From Isurus oxyrinchus (lineage: Eukaryota), in NCBI GenBank assembly GCA_026770705.1, contig JANJGN010000210.1, positions 496,001 to 560,000 of the forward strand: a stretch of DNA of 64,000 nt, in the 5' to 3' direction. The position numbers and the translations under genes were made by a program. Below, piece by piece: positions 1 through 13,345 of the stretch; within the stretch, counting starts at the first letter, position 1, and every line of letters begins with the position of its first letter. The notes beneath the pieces are model-generated. The model saw nothing but the letters and a program-made list of their open reading frames with translations. It searched no databases and was not told where the DNA came from.

Positions 1-149
1 AGCAGGGCAAAAAATAACCACTCAGCAGGTCAGTGGGCATCAATAGAAAGAGAAACAGGTCAAACGTTCAGGCCAATGACAGGTGCAAAATCTCCCTTGG
101 TACCAATCTATAGAGCAGGACTGTTCTCCCCACTATCCTAGTCCAGTAT

Positions 150-345
150 TCATTCTTCAACTAAAATCACATATTATCTCATCATTTTTCGCAGGTCTAT
201 TCATGGGAGCTTGCTGTGCACAAATCACCGGATGGATTTCCAATATTACAGCAGTGACTAAACTTCAACAAATGTACATCAACGAATTTCAAGGGCTTTA
301 GGATGTCCTGGGGTCATAAGCAGCATTCTATAAATGTAAATTCTT
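150..345 (+). mobile_element. DeuSINE (SacSINE1-like) 3' fragment
   Basis: gggagcttgctgtgcacaaa and the downstream tail match the fuller copy at 54.3-54.6 kb. Confidence 0.5.
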
Positions 346-1149
346 CCTAAATGTTAACATTTTAAAATGCTAGTTGTGATATGTTGAAAACTCTGAGATT
401 AATATGATTATAGGTCGCTCCTCTGGCTGCTGTTTTAAATTGTCCATTTTAATCGGTTAAATCTTCCAACAAATTGACAATGAGTGTAATCCCAGCCTGT
501 TCAAATATTCATCATTGATTGTGACAGTAGAACTTACAGAATTGAATTATTAATTTAAATGCATTTTTAATTATTTGAAATAAATAACATCTGTTCTAAT
601 GGATGTTGAAAATGTTTCTATTAATTTTATACCAACTGTCAATATTCTTAAAATAAACCCTTGTTTTGAGTTGAAACCAATCAATAAGTGTCTATGTTTA
701 TCTGGTTTTGCTGCCATGAACACTTCATTGAAGTCAGTTTATGTAAATGAACACAGAAATAGAAGTCCCAGATTAGATTCTGGAGACACAAAAACACAGC
801 AATAGAGTCAAACATGCAAATACATCAACCGATTTCAGTAGCAATTGTTTTTGGGCATTTTTAAAATCAGTTATATGAGAATTATGTCACGATGATATCT
901 ATGTTTAGAATTAAGTAAGATTCCCACTTATCATGAAATATAATGTCATGGCAAATGTGTTTGGAGGGATGTCCTGTATCCTCTCTCTCTCTCTCTCTCT
1001 CTCTTTCTCCTCTCTGGTACTTTGTCTTGTCTCTCCAACATTGGTCACTGTCTTTACTCCACAACATGAAGTCAATGTCTAGCCAATATATTCTCTCAGA
1101 CCGATTCATACACTTCAAACTAAATTGATCTAATGAAATGGATTATAAT

Positions 1150-2170
1150 CCGTAGAGGGAACTTTATTCTAAATCTGTTTTGAGCATTCACTGACTTGAG
1201 AGTGCTTGGTGGGAAACTGCAGACAAAACTTTACTCTGTATCTAACCTGTGTTGCAGCCAGTAGCATAGATATGATGTGGCCGTGCCAAAGAATCTTTCC
1301 CTGTATCTAACCCGTGCTGTTCCTGCCTTTGGAGTGTCTGATGGAGTGTAGAGGGAGCTTTATTTTGCACCTAACCTGCACTGTGACTGCCCTGGGAGTG
1401 TTTGATACAACTGTGTCGAGGGAGATTTATTCTGCATCTAAACTGTGCTATACCTGGCCTGAGATTAATTTATAGGGCCGTTTAGAGAGATCTTTACTCT
1501 GCATCTAAACCACGCTATATTTGACATGGCTGTAGACACTGTAGAGGGGGATTTGCCCCTATCTAAGCCCTGGAAATATCTGATGTGACGGTGCAGAGGC
1601 AGCTTTCCTCTTTACCTGCCCCCAGTGCCGAGCTTCCTGGGAAATGTCTGATGAAGAGTGCAGAGGAAACTTTACACTGCATAGAACCCTTACCCTACAT
1701 GCCTCAACTGTGTTTGAGCGGACAAGGTAGAGCAAGTTTTACCCTGTTTCTGAACTGTGCTGCACCTGTCCTGGAAATGTTTGAAGGTGACAGTGTCGAG
1801 GGAGATTCACTCTGAATCTAACCCATGCTATACCTGCATTGGGAGATTTTCATGTGGCAATGTAGAGGGAACTTTACATTATTAATGTAGCCCCATGCTA
1901 CACCTGCACTGGCACTGTTTGGTGGAGCCATGGGCCTTGTCTATGCATTACACTAGACCATGTCCAACCGTATCTAACCCGTGCTGTACCTGCCCTGAGA
2001 GTGTTCAATGTGACAATGTAGAGGTAGCTTTAAATTCTGTGACTAGCCCCATGGTGACAGTGTCGAGGGAGTTTCCCTCTCTCTAACCTGTGCTGCATCT
2101 TCCCTGGGAGTGTTCAATTTGACATTGTAGAGGTAGCTTTAAATTCTGTGACTCGCCCCCGTAGACCCTG
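1150..2170. repeat. ~65-bp tandem satellite
   Basis: Diverged repeated unit gtagagggagctttactctgtatctaacccgtgctgtacctgccctgggagtgtttgat. Confidence 0.85.
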
Positions 2171-2189
2171 ACTTGATATTGCGTTTGAC

Positions 2190-2990
2190 CGTGACCCTGT
2201 CTCTCTTTATATTACAGTCAACCCTGCCTCTGTTTGTATTACACTAGGCTCTGTCCCTGTTTATGTTGCACCCAACATGTCTCTGTTTATATTGCACCAG
2301 ACGGTGTCTCTGTTTACATTGCACTAGGCCCTGCCCCTGTTTATATGACACTCAACATGTCTCTTTATATTATATTCGACCTGCCTCTGTTTATATTGCA
2401 TGAGACGCTGTCTCTGTTTATATTGCACTAGGCCCTGCCCCAGTTTATATTACACTAGACTCTGTTTCTGTTTATGTTACACTGATCCCTGTTTTGGTTT
2501 ACATTACATTAGACCATGTCTCTGTTTATATTATATTAGGCTCTGCCCCTGTTTGTATTACACTTGATATATCACTGTTTATATTACACCCGGCATGTCT
2601 CTGTTAATATTATACTCGACATGTCTTTGTTTATTCTGCACTAGACGCTGTCTCTGTTTATATTGCATTAGATCCGGTCTCTGTTTATTTTCACGAGGCC
2701 CTGCCCCTGTTTATATTAAAGTGGGCCCTGTATGTTTATAATACACTAGACCCTGTCTCTATTTATATTACACTGGACCCCATTTCTGTTTATATTACTC
2801 TAGATCCTGTCTTTGCTTCTATTAAATAAGGCCTTGTCTCTGTTTATATTATAATTGACCTGTCTCTGTATATATTAATCTAGAACTGTCTCTGTATTTC
2901 AGTAGCCACAGTCTCAGTTCTGTGCTAGATCATATCTGTATTTAAATTACATTAGACCCTGCCTCTGTTATTACTGCACTGCACACGTGC
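2190..2990 (+). repeat. ~29-bp tandem minisatellite
   Basis: Repeated unit ccctgtctctgtttatattacactaga; reverse-complement copies at 3170-3560, 6420-6620 and 7310-7460. Confidence 0.85.
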
Positions 2991-4124
2991 AATAATGGGG
3001 AAATTGGCTGGGGTGGAAATAGTGAAGATAAGGCAGCAAGATGGTGGGAACAATTAACATGGGGGCCTATTTAGATGTTATGACTTGTCCTCCCTGCATC
3101 CCAGATTTGTGTTCATGATCCACAGACCTCTCTTATCTAGCAGCTGTTTAAATTAAACCATTTAACTCCTATTTTCAGGGTCTAGTGCAATAAAGTAAGG
3201 GAATATACTAATGTAATATAAACTGAGGACAATTAGATAAATAACTGAGACAGGACCTAATGTTACAGAAACAGAAACATGGACTAGAACAGTAACAAAG
3301 AGACAGGCCCATTAAAATATGAACAGAGACATGGTGGAGAGCAGCAATAACTGAGACAGAGTCCAGTGTTACAGAAACAGAAACATGGACTAGAGCAGTA
3401 ACAATGAGACAGACCCAGTGTAGTATAAACAGAGGCATGGTGGAGAGCAGCAATACTGAGACAGGGTCTAGTATTACAGAAACAGAATCACAGACTAGAG
3501 CAGTAACAATGAGATAGGCTGAGTGTAATATGAACAGAGACACGGTGGAGTGCAGCAATATTGACACCATATTGAAGTCCCACAGAACCACAGTATCTGG
3601 GTGGAGATACCTCCTGGTGATTACCACCTATTGCCCTCCCTCAGCTGATGAATCTGTACTCCTTCATCTTTAGTACTGCGTGGAAGAAACACTGAGGGTA
3701 GCAAGGGCAACGAATATGCTGTGAATTTGCAAAATCAATTACCATTTGACAAGACCAAGAATGCTGGAGCTGGATGAGTCCTGAATGATGTATCTGAAAG
3801 GATGGACCTGCCACAGACGGTTAGAGAGCCAACACGAGGGAAAACCTTACCTGATCTCCGGCCCACCACACTATTGATATAAATGTGATTGAGCCCTGCA
3901 CTGTCCTTGCTGAAACCCAGGCCGGTATTCACACTGAGCACATTCTCCATTGTGTTGTGTGGCACTGCTGCTGTGCTAAACGGGACACATTCAGAACAGA
4001 TCTACCAGCTCAAAACTTAGCATCAACGAGATACTGTTGGTCATTTACAGCAGGATAGTTGCATTCAATCACACCCTGTAATCTCCTGGACCAGAATATC
4101 CCTCACTCAAACCTGAGTGTGCAT

Positions 4125-4800
4125 ATCCACAGGTTCCTAAAGGTAGCAGGGCATGTAGATGAGGTGGTTAAGAAGGCATATGGGTTACTTGCCTTTATTA
4201 TCTGAGGCATAAAACACAAGAGCAGGGAGGTTATGCTGGAACTTTATAAAACGTTGGTTAGGCCACAATTGGAGCACTACTGCAGTTCTGGTCACCACAG
4301 TTCTAGCAAGTATGTGACTGCACTGGAGAGAGTGCAGAGAAGATTTACAAAGATGCTGTCTGGGCTGGAGGATCTGAATTCTGAGGAAAGATTGGATAGG
4401 CTGGGCTGTTTTCCTTGTAGCAACGATGGTTGAGGGGCTGCTGAGGGGCATAGGTAGGGTGGATAGGAAGGCACCTTTTCCATTAGTAGAGAGGTCAAAA
4501 ACCAGAGAGCATAGATTTTAGATAAGAGGTTCGAAGGCTAAGTGGGGAGTTGAGGAGAATCTTTTTCACCCAGAGGGTGGTAGAAATTTGGAACTCACTG
4601 CCTGAAAGGGTGGTTGAGTCAGAAACTCTAGTAACATTTAAGAAGGATTTAAATGTTCACTTAAGCTGCCATAGCATCCAGGGCTAGGGCCAAGTGCGGG
4701 AAAATGGGATTAGTGTAGTCAGATCTTTGTTTACTGGGGCAGAAACGATGGGCCGAATGGCCTCCATCTGTGCTGTAAACGTCTCTGAGTCTATGAGTCT
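4125..4800 (+). mobile_element. CR1 LINE 3' fragment
   Basis: ORF 4233-4433 MLELYKTLVRPQLEH...LERVQRRFTKML is CR1 RT C-terminus; typical gggccgaatggcct tail. Confidence 0.9.
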
Positions 4801-4869
4801 AACATTCAGCCTGGGAATAATGAGGAATGTACGCCAGCAGGTCAGAAGCAAGACCAGGCATACCTGAAA

Positions 4870-6030
4870 ATGATGAACCATAGCGTGAAGATAGAATACT
4901 GTACGTAATGGACAACAGATTAGGTCTGTCCCCTCGCAGCTTAATCAGTCTACTCTCAATCATCAGTAAAGTGACTGAAGGAGTCGCCGACCTGCTCACC
5001 AAAGCTCAGACTGAATCCACCAGGATCAGCTAGCGTCAAAGCTCATTGTAAACTTAGTCTGAACATGGACAAGAGAGCGAACTTCCAGACATAATGTATG
5101 AGTGCTTCAGTACTTGATGTCAAAGTAGCTATTAACTGAGTCTGGTATCAGGAAGCCTTGGAAAGTGTCAGGTCAACGGGAATCAGGAGCAAGTCTCTCC
5201 ACTGGCTGGAGTTTCACCTAGCGAATATGAAGATGTTGCGTTGTTGGAGACCGAGCATCTCAGCACCAGGCCATCATTCCAGGAGTCTCACACAGAAGTG
5301 TCCTTGGTCCAACCATCTTCAGCAGCTTGATCAATGACCTTCCCTTCATCACTGGGTCAGGAGTGGTGATGTTCGCTCATAGTTGCAGTGTTCAGTTCCA
5401 TTTATGACCTATCAGATAATGAAACCGTCCTTAATTATTGCATCTCGAACTGGACAAGTTTGTGCTGATAAGTTGCAAGTGATATAAGTGGCACACAAGT
5501 GCCAGGCAATGACCAACTCCAACAATAAAGAAACCAAACATCTCTCCTTGACGTTCAAAAGGCATAACCGTCGCTGAAATCCACCATCAACGTTGTGCAG
5601 ATGCCATTGAACAGAAACTGAACTGGACCAGCCATATAAATACTGTGGCTACAAGATTAGGTCAGAGGCTGGGAATTCTGTGTGAATGACTCACCTCCCG
5701 ATTCCCTGAAGCCTTTCCACCATCTGCAAATCTGCAAGTCAGATGCCTGTTGGAATTTCTTTACTTTCCTTGATGAATGTAACTGCAGCAACACTCAAGA
5801 ACATCACACCAACCAGAGGAAATCAGGGAGCCTTGATAAGCTCCTCATCCAGGCGTTAAACATTCACTCCCTTCGCCACTGATACACAGTGGCTGCAGAG
5901 TGTATCATCCACAAGATGCACTGCAGCAACTCTCCAAGGCGTCTTCAACAACACCTTCCATACCTGTGACCTCTACCTCCCAGAATAACAAGGGCAATAA
6001 GCACACGGGAACACAATGCCCTGTATCCTC
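4870..6030 (+). mobile_element. Degenerate non-LTR retrotransposon RT region (second LINE family)
   Basis: Contains the segment encoding KLNWTSHINTVATR and is homologous to copies at 50030-50640 and 58100-58720. Confidence 0.75.
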
Positions 6031-6289
6031 CTACACATACCACTCCATAGGTAGGAAATTGGCATTTGGCACCGGAAAAGAAGGGATATCTGAAATCTAA
6101 TTCTGCTGACTGCACTGAAAATGAATATCAAGTGCTGCATAGCATATACGGCTGATCTGATACCGTCCTTTCAGGCTACTGCCAGATACTGATTTCTAGC
6201 CTAATGTCTTTATTTATCATATTATCTCTCCATCTCACAGAAACATGGAGTAATGCAGCCATAATTTAAACAGAGGCACAGATAAAATC

Positions 6290-6420
6290 AAAATGCTGCA
6301 ACTGCTGGAAATCTGAAATAAAGACAGAAAATGCTGGACAAACTCAGCAGGTTGGACAGCATCTGAGGAGAGAGAAACAGAGTTAAATGTTTCGAGTTCA
6401 TATGACTCTTCTTCAGAAAC
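6290..6420 (-). mobile_element. Penelope-type terminal-repeat module with minimal hammerhead-like core
   Basis: Minus strand of 6382-6420 reads ctgaaga-a-gagtcatatgaactc-gaaacatt. Confidence 0.6.
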
Positions 6421-6679
6421 ATAGCCTAGTGCCGTAGTTACAATGACCACTATAATGTAGACATAGTGAAGATTTAATATAACATAAACAGAGACAGGGC
6501 CTAGGGTAATATAAACAGAGAAAGAATCCAGTGCAATACAAACTGAGATGGCTTCCAGTGGAACATTAATGAGATAGGGTCTATTTTAAGACAAACGGAG
6601 GCCTGATCCAGCACAATAGAAATAAAATAGCCCCCAGGGAATTAATAATCAAACCAGGATCCTGTATAACATGGGAGGG

Positions 6680-7190
6680 ACAATCATGCAGTGGGAACGT
6701 CATTGGATCAGTAATCCAGAGATCCAGGCCTTTTCCCTGGGGATAGGGGTTTGAATCCCTTTATGGTAGCATGTGGAATCCAAATTCAATTAATAAATCT
6801 GGAATTGAAAGCTCATCTCAATAATGGTGACCATGAAACGATATTCGATTATATGAAACATCCACCTGGTTCACCGATGTCCTTTAGGGCAGGAAATCTG
6901 CCGTCCTTACCCAGTCTGGACTACATTTTTTTTGTTCGTTCATGAAAATGGGGGCTGCGCTGGCTAGGCCAGCATTTATTGCCCATCCTTAATTGCCTCC
7001 TTGAGAACAGTGCGGCTTGTTAGGCTGGGTTTTTACGACAATATTTTCATGGTCATCATTAGATTTTTCCATTCAAATTTCACCATCTGCCGTGGTGGGA
7101 TTCAAACCCAGACCCCCAGCGATTTACTAGCCCAGTGAGAATACCAGCACATCACCACCTCCCATACATATAACTCCAGACCCACAGCTT
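6680..7190. mobile_element. Nested tRNA-derived SINE fragments in both orientations
   Basis: Core ggttcaccgatgtcctttagggcaggaaatctgccgtccttacc shared with the 10560, 57660 and 62200 copies. Confidence 0.7.
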
Positions 7191-8049
7191 TGTGGAGCCC
7201 CATTCTCCAGTTACTTGTTTACTTGTCTACCACCATTTACGACTGGATGTGACAGGACTGCAGAGGTAAATCCGATCGGTTTGAATTGGGAACTTCCAGA
7301 CTGTGTGATATAAATATTGGTATTGACTGGTGCAGTATTATTTGAAACAGGGTACATTGAAATATAAAGAGAGACAATGTTTGGTCTAACATAAAAATGG
7401 ATGGAGTCCAATTGAAAAAGACAGAGACAGGGTCCAGTGCAGTATTATCTGAGACAATGCCTGTTTCATAGAATGTGTCCATCAAGATTCCATCTCCATC
7501 CGCTAGCCAAACGTTGCAATTGCAGCTACTGTGAAAATGTCGCTGTCAGGTTAGGTCTTTGACATTATTGTATCAAGAATCCACTTCCCCAGGTGTCACA
7601 CCACATCGCCTTCTGCAGGAGGTGCCAAAATTTAACAAAATTCAACTAATTGCAGATGAACATGGTTGATTAGCGCACATTAAAGTCAGCACCAGAGTAA
7701 AGCGGCCCAATTCCTGGTGATGGATCTTTGTTCATCTTGATTAAAGGGAGGGATGTTGACCAGGGAGCTTTATAGAGACGGCGGGTGCTTTAATATCCAC
7801 CTCAACAAACATAGTGTTGGGAAGAGTTTATAGGTTCATGATACCACCTGATAGACAGTTAGGGTCATTTTCTTCAATGGTTAAGTCTTATGGAGCCTCC
7901 CAGGAAGTCAAGGTGGCATCTTAAATTGGTCTGTGTGTGTGAGGGAGATTGGGAGGAAGAGAAAGAGTGAGAAGCACATCACATTGTTTGCAACTGAAAT
8001 TCACGGTAATCCTGGACAACCTTCCATCTATGAAAGGTCATAGACACAC

Positions 8050-9400
8050 AATGGAAACAAACCCATTTCAGATGTGCTGATTGCTAAGGAGGCCAACTGT
8101 TGTGAGGCAGGCTCTGCCATAAGTGCTGCACATGAAGCTACAAAGTGTCGTTGTGGCTTGTTTTACTTTCTCGGTGTTGGCCTGGAGTGCCAAGCCGCTT
8201 TAGCCGCTGGTCATCGTGGTGATTCACGTCAACCCACAAGAGGTGTCGCCATTTTCCTCAGTTGTCAGTTAGTTTCACTCCGTTGTGATAATCGATATTT
8301 AGGGCCTTCACTTCAAGCAGCCTTGAAGCAGAGTTTTGGGCGTCCCACTGGTTGCCTGCCTCCAGCTCCCTCACCAAACAGAAAGTCCTTGTGTCTGTGA
8401 CCATTTTCCATCTGCGAACGTTCCCAAGCCACAAAAATCACTTCTGTTTGATGAGTTCTTCAGTCTTGGGAGCTCTGCCTTTGAGAGTATCACTGCATTC
8501 GTGACTTTATCCAGCCAGTACATACCCATAATGCGCAGCAGGAATTGAAGATGGAAATTGTGGAGCTTCTTTATGAGATAGCTGTAAGTCGCCCATGTTG
8601 CACAGCCATTCAACAAGGTGCTGAGAACATAGGCCTTATAAACCATCAGCTTGGTCCTAAGGGTCAGATTTAATGCTATTACATGGGCGTTTCATGAGTC
8701 AGGCAAAGGTGGCAGCTGCGGGTATCAAGTTCTTCATCAAGGAACAGGCTGTCTGTCACTGTGGAATCCAGGGAGCGGAATTTACTTCCATCCGGGTGTT
8801 ATTTAGTGTGATCAATGATGGAAGTGCAACACCTTTTCCCATGACCACGGTTTTCTCCATGTTTATAGTCAGGGAGAACAAGTTATAGGCATGGGAGAGT
8901 CAGTTCATCAGTCTTTGTGGATGAGTTTCCGTTTTGTTGACAGAGTTATCAGCATGGAGGAATTCTCTGATCAGAATTCAATGTGTTTATGTCTTCGCTT
9001 TCTGTCTTATAGATTGTGGAGCTTGCCGTCTGATCGAGTGTAAGTTGACTCCTTCCATATTTACAAGGAAGACAAAGATCAGCTGCATGGAGAAGGTGCC
9101 CAACAGAGTGGGGGTTGGGCACAAGCCTGCTTCACTCCATTCTTCACTCCGAATCTGTCGGAAGTGGAATCAGCAATCTGTACAGTGCAGTGCATGTTGT
9201 CATGGAAGGAGTGGATGAGACTGGGGAGTTTTGGTGAACAGGCAATTTTCCCTAAAATCTTCTACAGTGGTGCTCTGCTGACGGTGTCGAGCGTATGGAG
9301 CAAATCTTGTCCAGTGTATATCTTCTGAAACAAACATCACACTCTGCTTCAGCCTGCAATCAAATGAAGTATTTAAAGCATGACCCGAGCAACGGCCTTC
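8050..9400 (-). mobile_element. RTE-clade LINE fragment
   Basis: ORF 8371-8646 VYKAYVLSTLLNGCATW...LHNFHLQFLLRIMGMYWLDKVTNAVILSKA is typical RTE ORF2 C-terminus. Confidence 0.8.
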
Positions 9401-9554
9401 TCAGTGACTCTGTGAGTGAGATATCTCTGTAATTGTTGCAGGCTAACTTGTCAGCTTTGTTTTCAGATAGTGTGGTGATTTTTGCATCATTAACCTCCTG
9501 TGGAAGGGATCTTATCTTTCAGCAGAGAAGAAGAAGGTCATAAAGGCGGAGAAA

Positions 9555-9810
9555 GATAAATAATTATCAACACCAACCATTATCAATTCACTAAGGTAAA
9601 TAATTATATTCAATAATTATCATCAATTCACAAAGATAAATAAGTATATTCACTCAGTGGCATCAATTCGCAAAGATAAATAGTGATATTCACCAACTAT
9701 CAACAATTCACAAAGATAATAAATTATATTTACCAATTCCCATCAATTCACAAGACAAATAATTATATTCAGAAATTATCACCCATTCACAAAGATTAAC
9801 AATTGCATGA
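9555..9810. repeat. ~39-bp AT-rich tandem repeat
   Basis: Repeated aaagataaataattatattcaccaa...catcaattcac. Confidence 0.8.
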
Positions 9811-10559
9811 ACCAATCATTTTCAGCATTTTATTCCATACAAAATGTAATTGCGATTCATTTCATTTCATTTACATTGATTGAGATCACATTGACCATTC
9901 TGTCAGTAAGGAATCACATCTGTCCCAAAATTCAGTGGGAAATGGAATTAAATCAGACGGAGGATAATGACCAGCTACCCAGCAGCCTCTGCGCTTTATT
10001 GACAGGTAATCACCTCATCATCACACAGAAACTCCTGATATATAACTGGAGTGTGTGAGGATTTGTAAAGTGATGGTATAAATAAAACTACCTGGACCTG
10101 ACTGTAAGTTAATGTGGCTCTCCAGTGAGTAATATATGTTACCTTCACTAATTTGGGTGAGGATATGTTGAATGTTTTGCTGCACATGCAAGGACCACAT
10201 ATTTCAAATATTACAATCCTCCATCGAAATCGAATTATGTACCCTCTGAAGATGATGATTCACCATCAGCAGGGAAGAATCATCGGTACCGCAGGGACAT
10301 TTTCAGTCTTCTCTTGTGACGTTCAGCTCGTTAGCCTGGGGATGGAATACATCCAGAAAATCTGGAGGGACTGAAGGTATTAGACTTACACAACTGAAAT
10401 ACTGAACCTGCTTCAAGATATAAAGTCGTCATGCACCAAGATGGGAAGGTAGCACAGAGTTTTTCAGGTGCACCGATTGATACATCGCTCAACCCATTCA
10501 TTGATTCCTTAATCAAAATATTCAGACATCCAACTACCATTCATCCCTCCATTATTTGG

Positions 10560-10920
10560 CAGACGGTTGTGTTGTATTAATGTCACTGGATAAGTTACAA
10601 AGACACGAATTCAAATCCCACCATGGCAGCTAGTGGAATTTAAATTCAATAATACATCTGGGATTGAAAGCTGGTCCAGTGAAGGAAGCCATGAAACTAC
10701 CATTGATTGCAGAAAAAAAACTCAGCTGATTCACTAATGTCCTTCAGGAAAGGAAATCTGCCACTGTACCTAGTCTGGCCTACATGTGGCTCCAGATCCG
10801 CAGCAACATGATGGACTCTCACTGCCCTCTGAAATGGGCGAGCAAGGCACTCAGTTCAAAGGCAATTAGGGACAGGCAACAAATACTGGCCTTGCCAGTG
10901 ACTCCCACATCCCGTGAAAG
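10560..10920 (+). mobile_element. tRNA-derived SINE (MetaSINE-like)
   Basis: ttcaaatccc B-box-like head, conserved core, and 3' tail ggcaattagggacaggcaacaaatactggcc shared with the second LINE family. Confidence 0.75.
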
Positions 10921-12728
10921 AGCAAAGGGGCAAAAAGATCACACAAATGTATATGTTTGACTGTGACAAAATGTATCCTCTCTCTGAGTCCTCTCTGATA
11001 ATCTGTCTGTAATTCTTTCCATCCATCCATCCATCAGAATATTATGAGGTGTTGGAGAGATCCTCCAATGAGCCATTGATGCCAACAGGGTGTCAGAGAA
11101 GCTGGATAACTTTTCTTCCCTGAGAGATGGAAACAGTTCACATAGGTTCACAACTTAAAAAATAAAACTGACTCCAGTGCTGTTGCTGGGTAGATTTGTT
11201 ATAAATAGGCCTTGTTGACAATGTTAAAGGTTTGAAGTTGGCTTGCAGCCAAGCGGTCAGTACTGAGGAAACAGATCTTTCATTTACTGCACAAACCCGC
11301 AGATGCTTCCTGTAAACAACATCGGACATTCGGGCCTCCCTGACTGCAGCTGGCTGGGTTGCTTCCAAATACTGTGTGGGGCAGATTAGCCTGGATATGA
11401 ATGAACAAAATGGTTTTAGCCATTCAAACAATAAATGTTTCTGTCGCACACGAAAGGCACAGTTTAAATGGTATTTCATCTAAGGAAATATTTGAATGAA
11501 TGCCATGTTCACTGTGAGATTAAACTCGATCAGAAAATATTAAATTCACCACATATTACTTAATTTATATTAATTCTAAGTAAAGGGCATTCTAGTTATT
11601 AAAGCCGGTTCATTAAGAACTTCATGGAGTGTGAGAGAGGGATGTTGATGGTCCCAATCCCCCAGTCTAATGAGCTGAGTAGAATGGCAAAAAAAATTGA
11701 AAGGAATTAAATTAAAAGAAAATCATAGAATTGTCTTGAACCTGCAGGAATTCCTTGAATATTCTCCCAGTTGTGCACCTCATTCAGCCTGTGGGGTCCC
11801 TTATACCTCATTAGCACCGTAAATTGTATAGTTTATTTTGTGCTGATTTCGATTATTTAACAGTCCCCCTCATAGCTGCCAATGAGTGGAGAAATGACCA
11901 GTTCATGACCCGCTTCAGTGGAAGATAAAACATTTATTCTTGTGATATTGTTTAATATGCCGCAAAGTCCTGATATCCTGTGTTCCCAATACCAGTGAAT
12001 GGTAGACAGCGGGAGGCCAATAAAACTAGCTGCAATGATTTGGATGCTGAAGGATAACTTTTCTGATCTCCGTGTCTGTTCTCATTCATTAACTTCTTTG
12101 TCAAAAGTTGATGTAAAATTTACATTTGCCTGTAAACTTACTGTTGAATTATCAGGCAGGCGGGCTTCTTTTAACGCTAATTTTCACAGGGCTGTCTTTG
12201 GGTCAGGGACAGATCGAGAAATGCAAAGAGAGGCATTGTATAATGTGAGGAGACTCTTCTTATCTTCGGACACAAATTGTACAGCGATAGCCACCCTGGC
12301 TGTAAATAAAATCACTTTGTTCATCCACTGCATTTAGTTACATAAATCAATAATAATTCCTAAGACTGATGACGCTTAATTATTGTAGTGAGATATAGAC
12401 CCTTTATTCCCTGATAATGTAATATTTTGTTTAGGTTCAACCCCTTAGGAAGTAGTGTAGAAATAAACGGACTTAATTTACAATGGAATTAGATTTTTAT
12501 TAATAGATACTCAACTGCAATTTCACCATTAGAACCAATGGATACATTACAATGAATCCATTAAGCCAAGTATCCCAATACAGATAAAATTTCCATTTTT
12601 AGCAATAACCTATTGTAAATATCTGAGTCCATTCTGTTGGGGATGTGGAAGGTGGGGCGTGGATCCAGTCGCCGCCTCCACCAGGGAATCAACAGGCGGC
12701 GCCTGGGAACCCGCCCCCTTCTGCCGGG

Positions 12729-12736
12729 TATTTAAA
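12729..12736 (+). promoter_or_regulatory. TATA box of the VH promoter
   Basis: TATTTAAA ~90-100 nt before the leader ATG, preceded by a GC-rich stretch. Confidence 0.65.
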
Positions 12737-12827
12737 TGCCGCTCACTGGGGCCGGAATCCAACAGTCCGGGAGCTGGTTTGTTCACTAAGTTCTGGACAG
12801 AACCATTTTCCCCAAATGACCAGAAGG

Positions 12828-12873
12828 ATGAGGTCGGCGATTTCTCTCAGTTTGTTGCTGACTTTCTTATCCC
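12828..12873 (+). CDS. IGHV: IgM heavy-chain leader exon
   Basis: MRSAISLSLLLTFLS(R), phase-1 donor gtgagt at 12874; in-frame upstream ATG at 12816. Confidence 0.95.
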
Positions 12874-13001
12874 GTGAGTAGTTTTGATTGTCCAAGTCTC
12901 TCACTGTTATTGTCTCAGTGTTAGTCTCTCACTGGAATGTTACAGAGTCAGAAATCATTTCACCAGGATTAATCCTCGGGGTTTTTGATATATTTTTACA
13001 G

Positions 13002-13306
13002 GTGTCCTGTCGGAGGTTGTGTTGACTCAGCCAGAGGCAGAGACCGGGCGTCCCGGAGGCTCCCTGAGACTGACCTGTAAAACCAGCGGCTTCGATCTTG
13101 GCAGCTACTGCATGTACTGGGTCCGACAGGTTCCCGGACAGGGGCTGGAGTGGCTGCTTTACTACTATAGTTCATTGGACAACATCTATGCCCCAGCAAT
13201 TAAGAATCGATTCACTGCGTCCAAAGACACTTCAAGGAACATCTTCTCCTTGGACATGACGAGCCTGAAGACTGAAGACACCGCCATCTATTACTGTGCA
13301 AAAGAC
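13002..13306 (+). CDS. IGHV: IgM VH exon, unrearranged, open frame
   Basis: Acceptor tttacag; (R)[30 protein letters not shown]...[12 protein letters not shown]...[10 protein letters not shown] with canonical V-set C/W/C; elasmobranch IgM VH type. Confidence 0.97.
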
Positions 13307-13345
13307 CACAGCGAGAGGGACCAGGGCTGGACCCGAACAAGAACA
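13307..13345 (+). other. VH 23-RSS
   Basis: CACAGCG + 23 bp + ACAAGAACA. Confidence 0.93.

Noticed and set aside
1150-2990. Regular repeats as a CRISPR array
   Set aside because: Head-to-tail degenerate units without unique spacers, in eukaryotic DNA with no cas genes.
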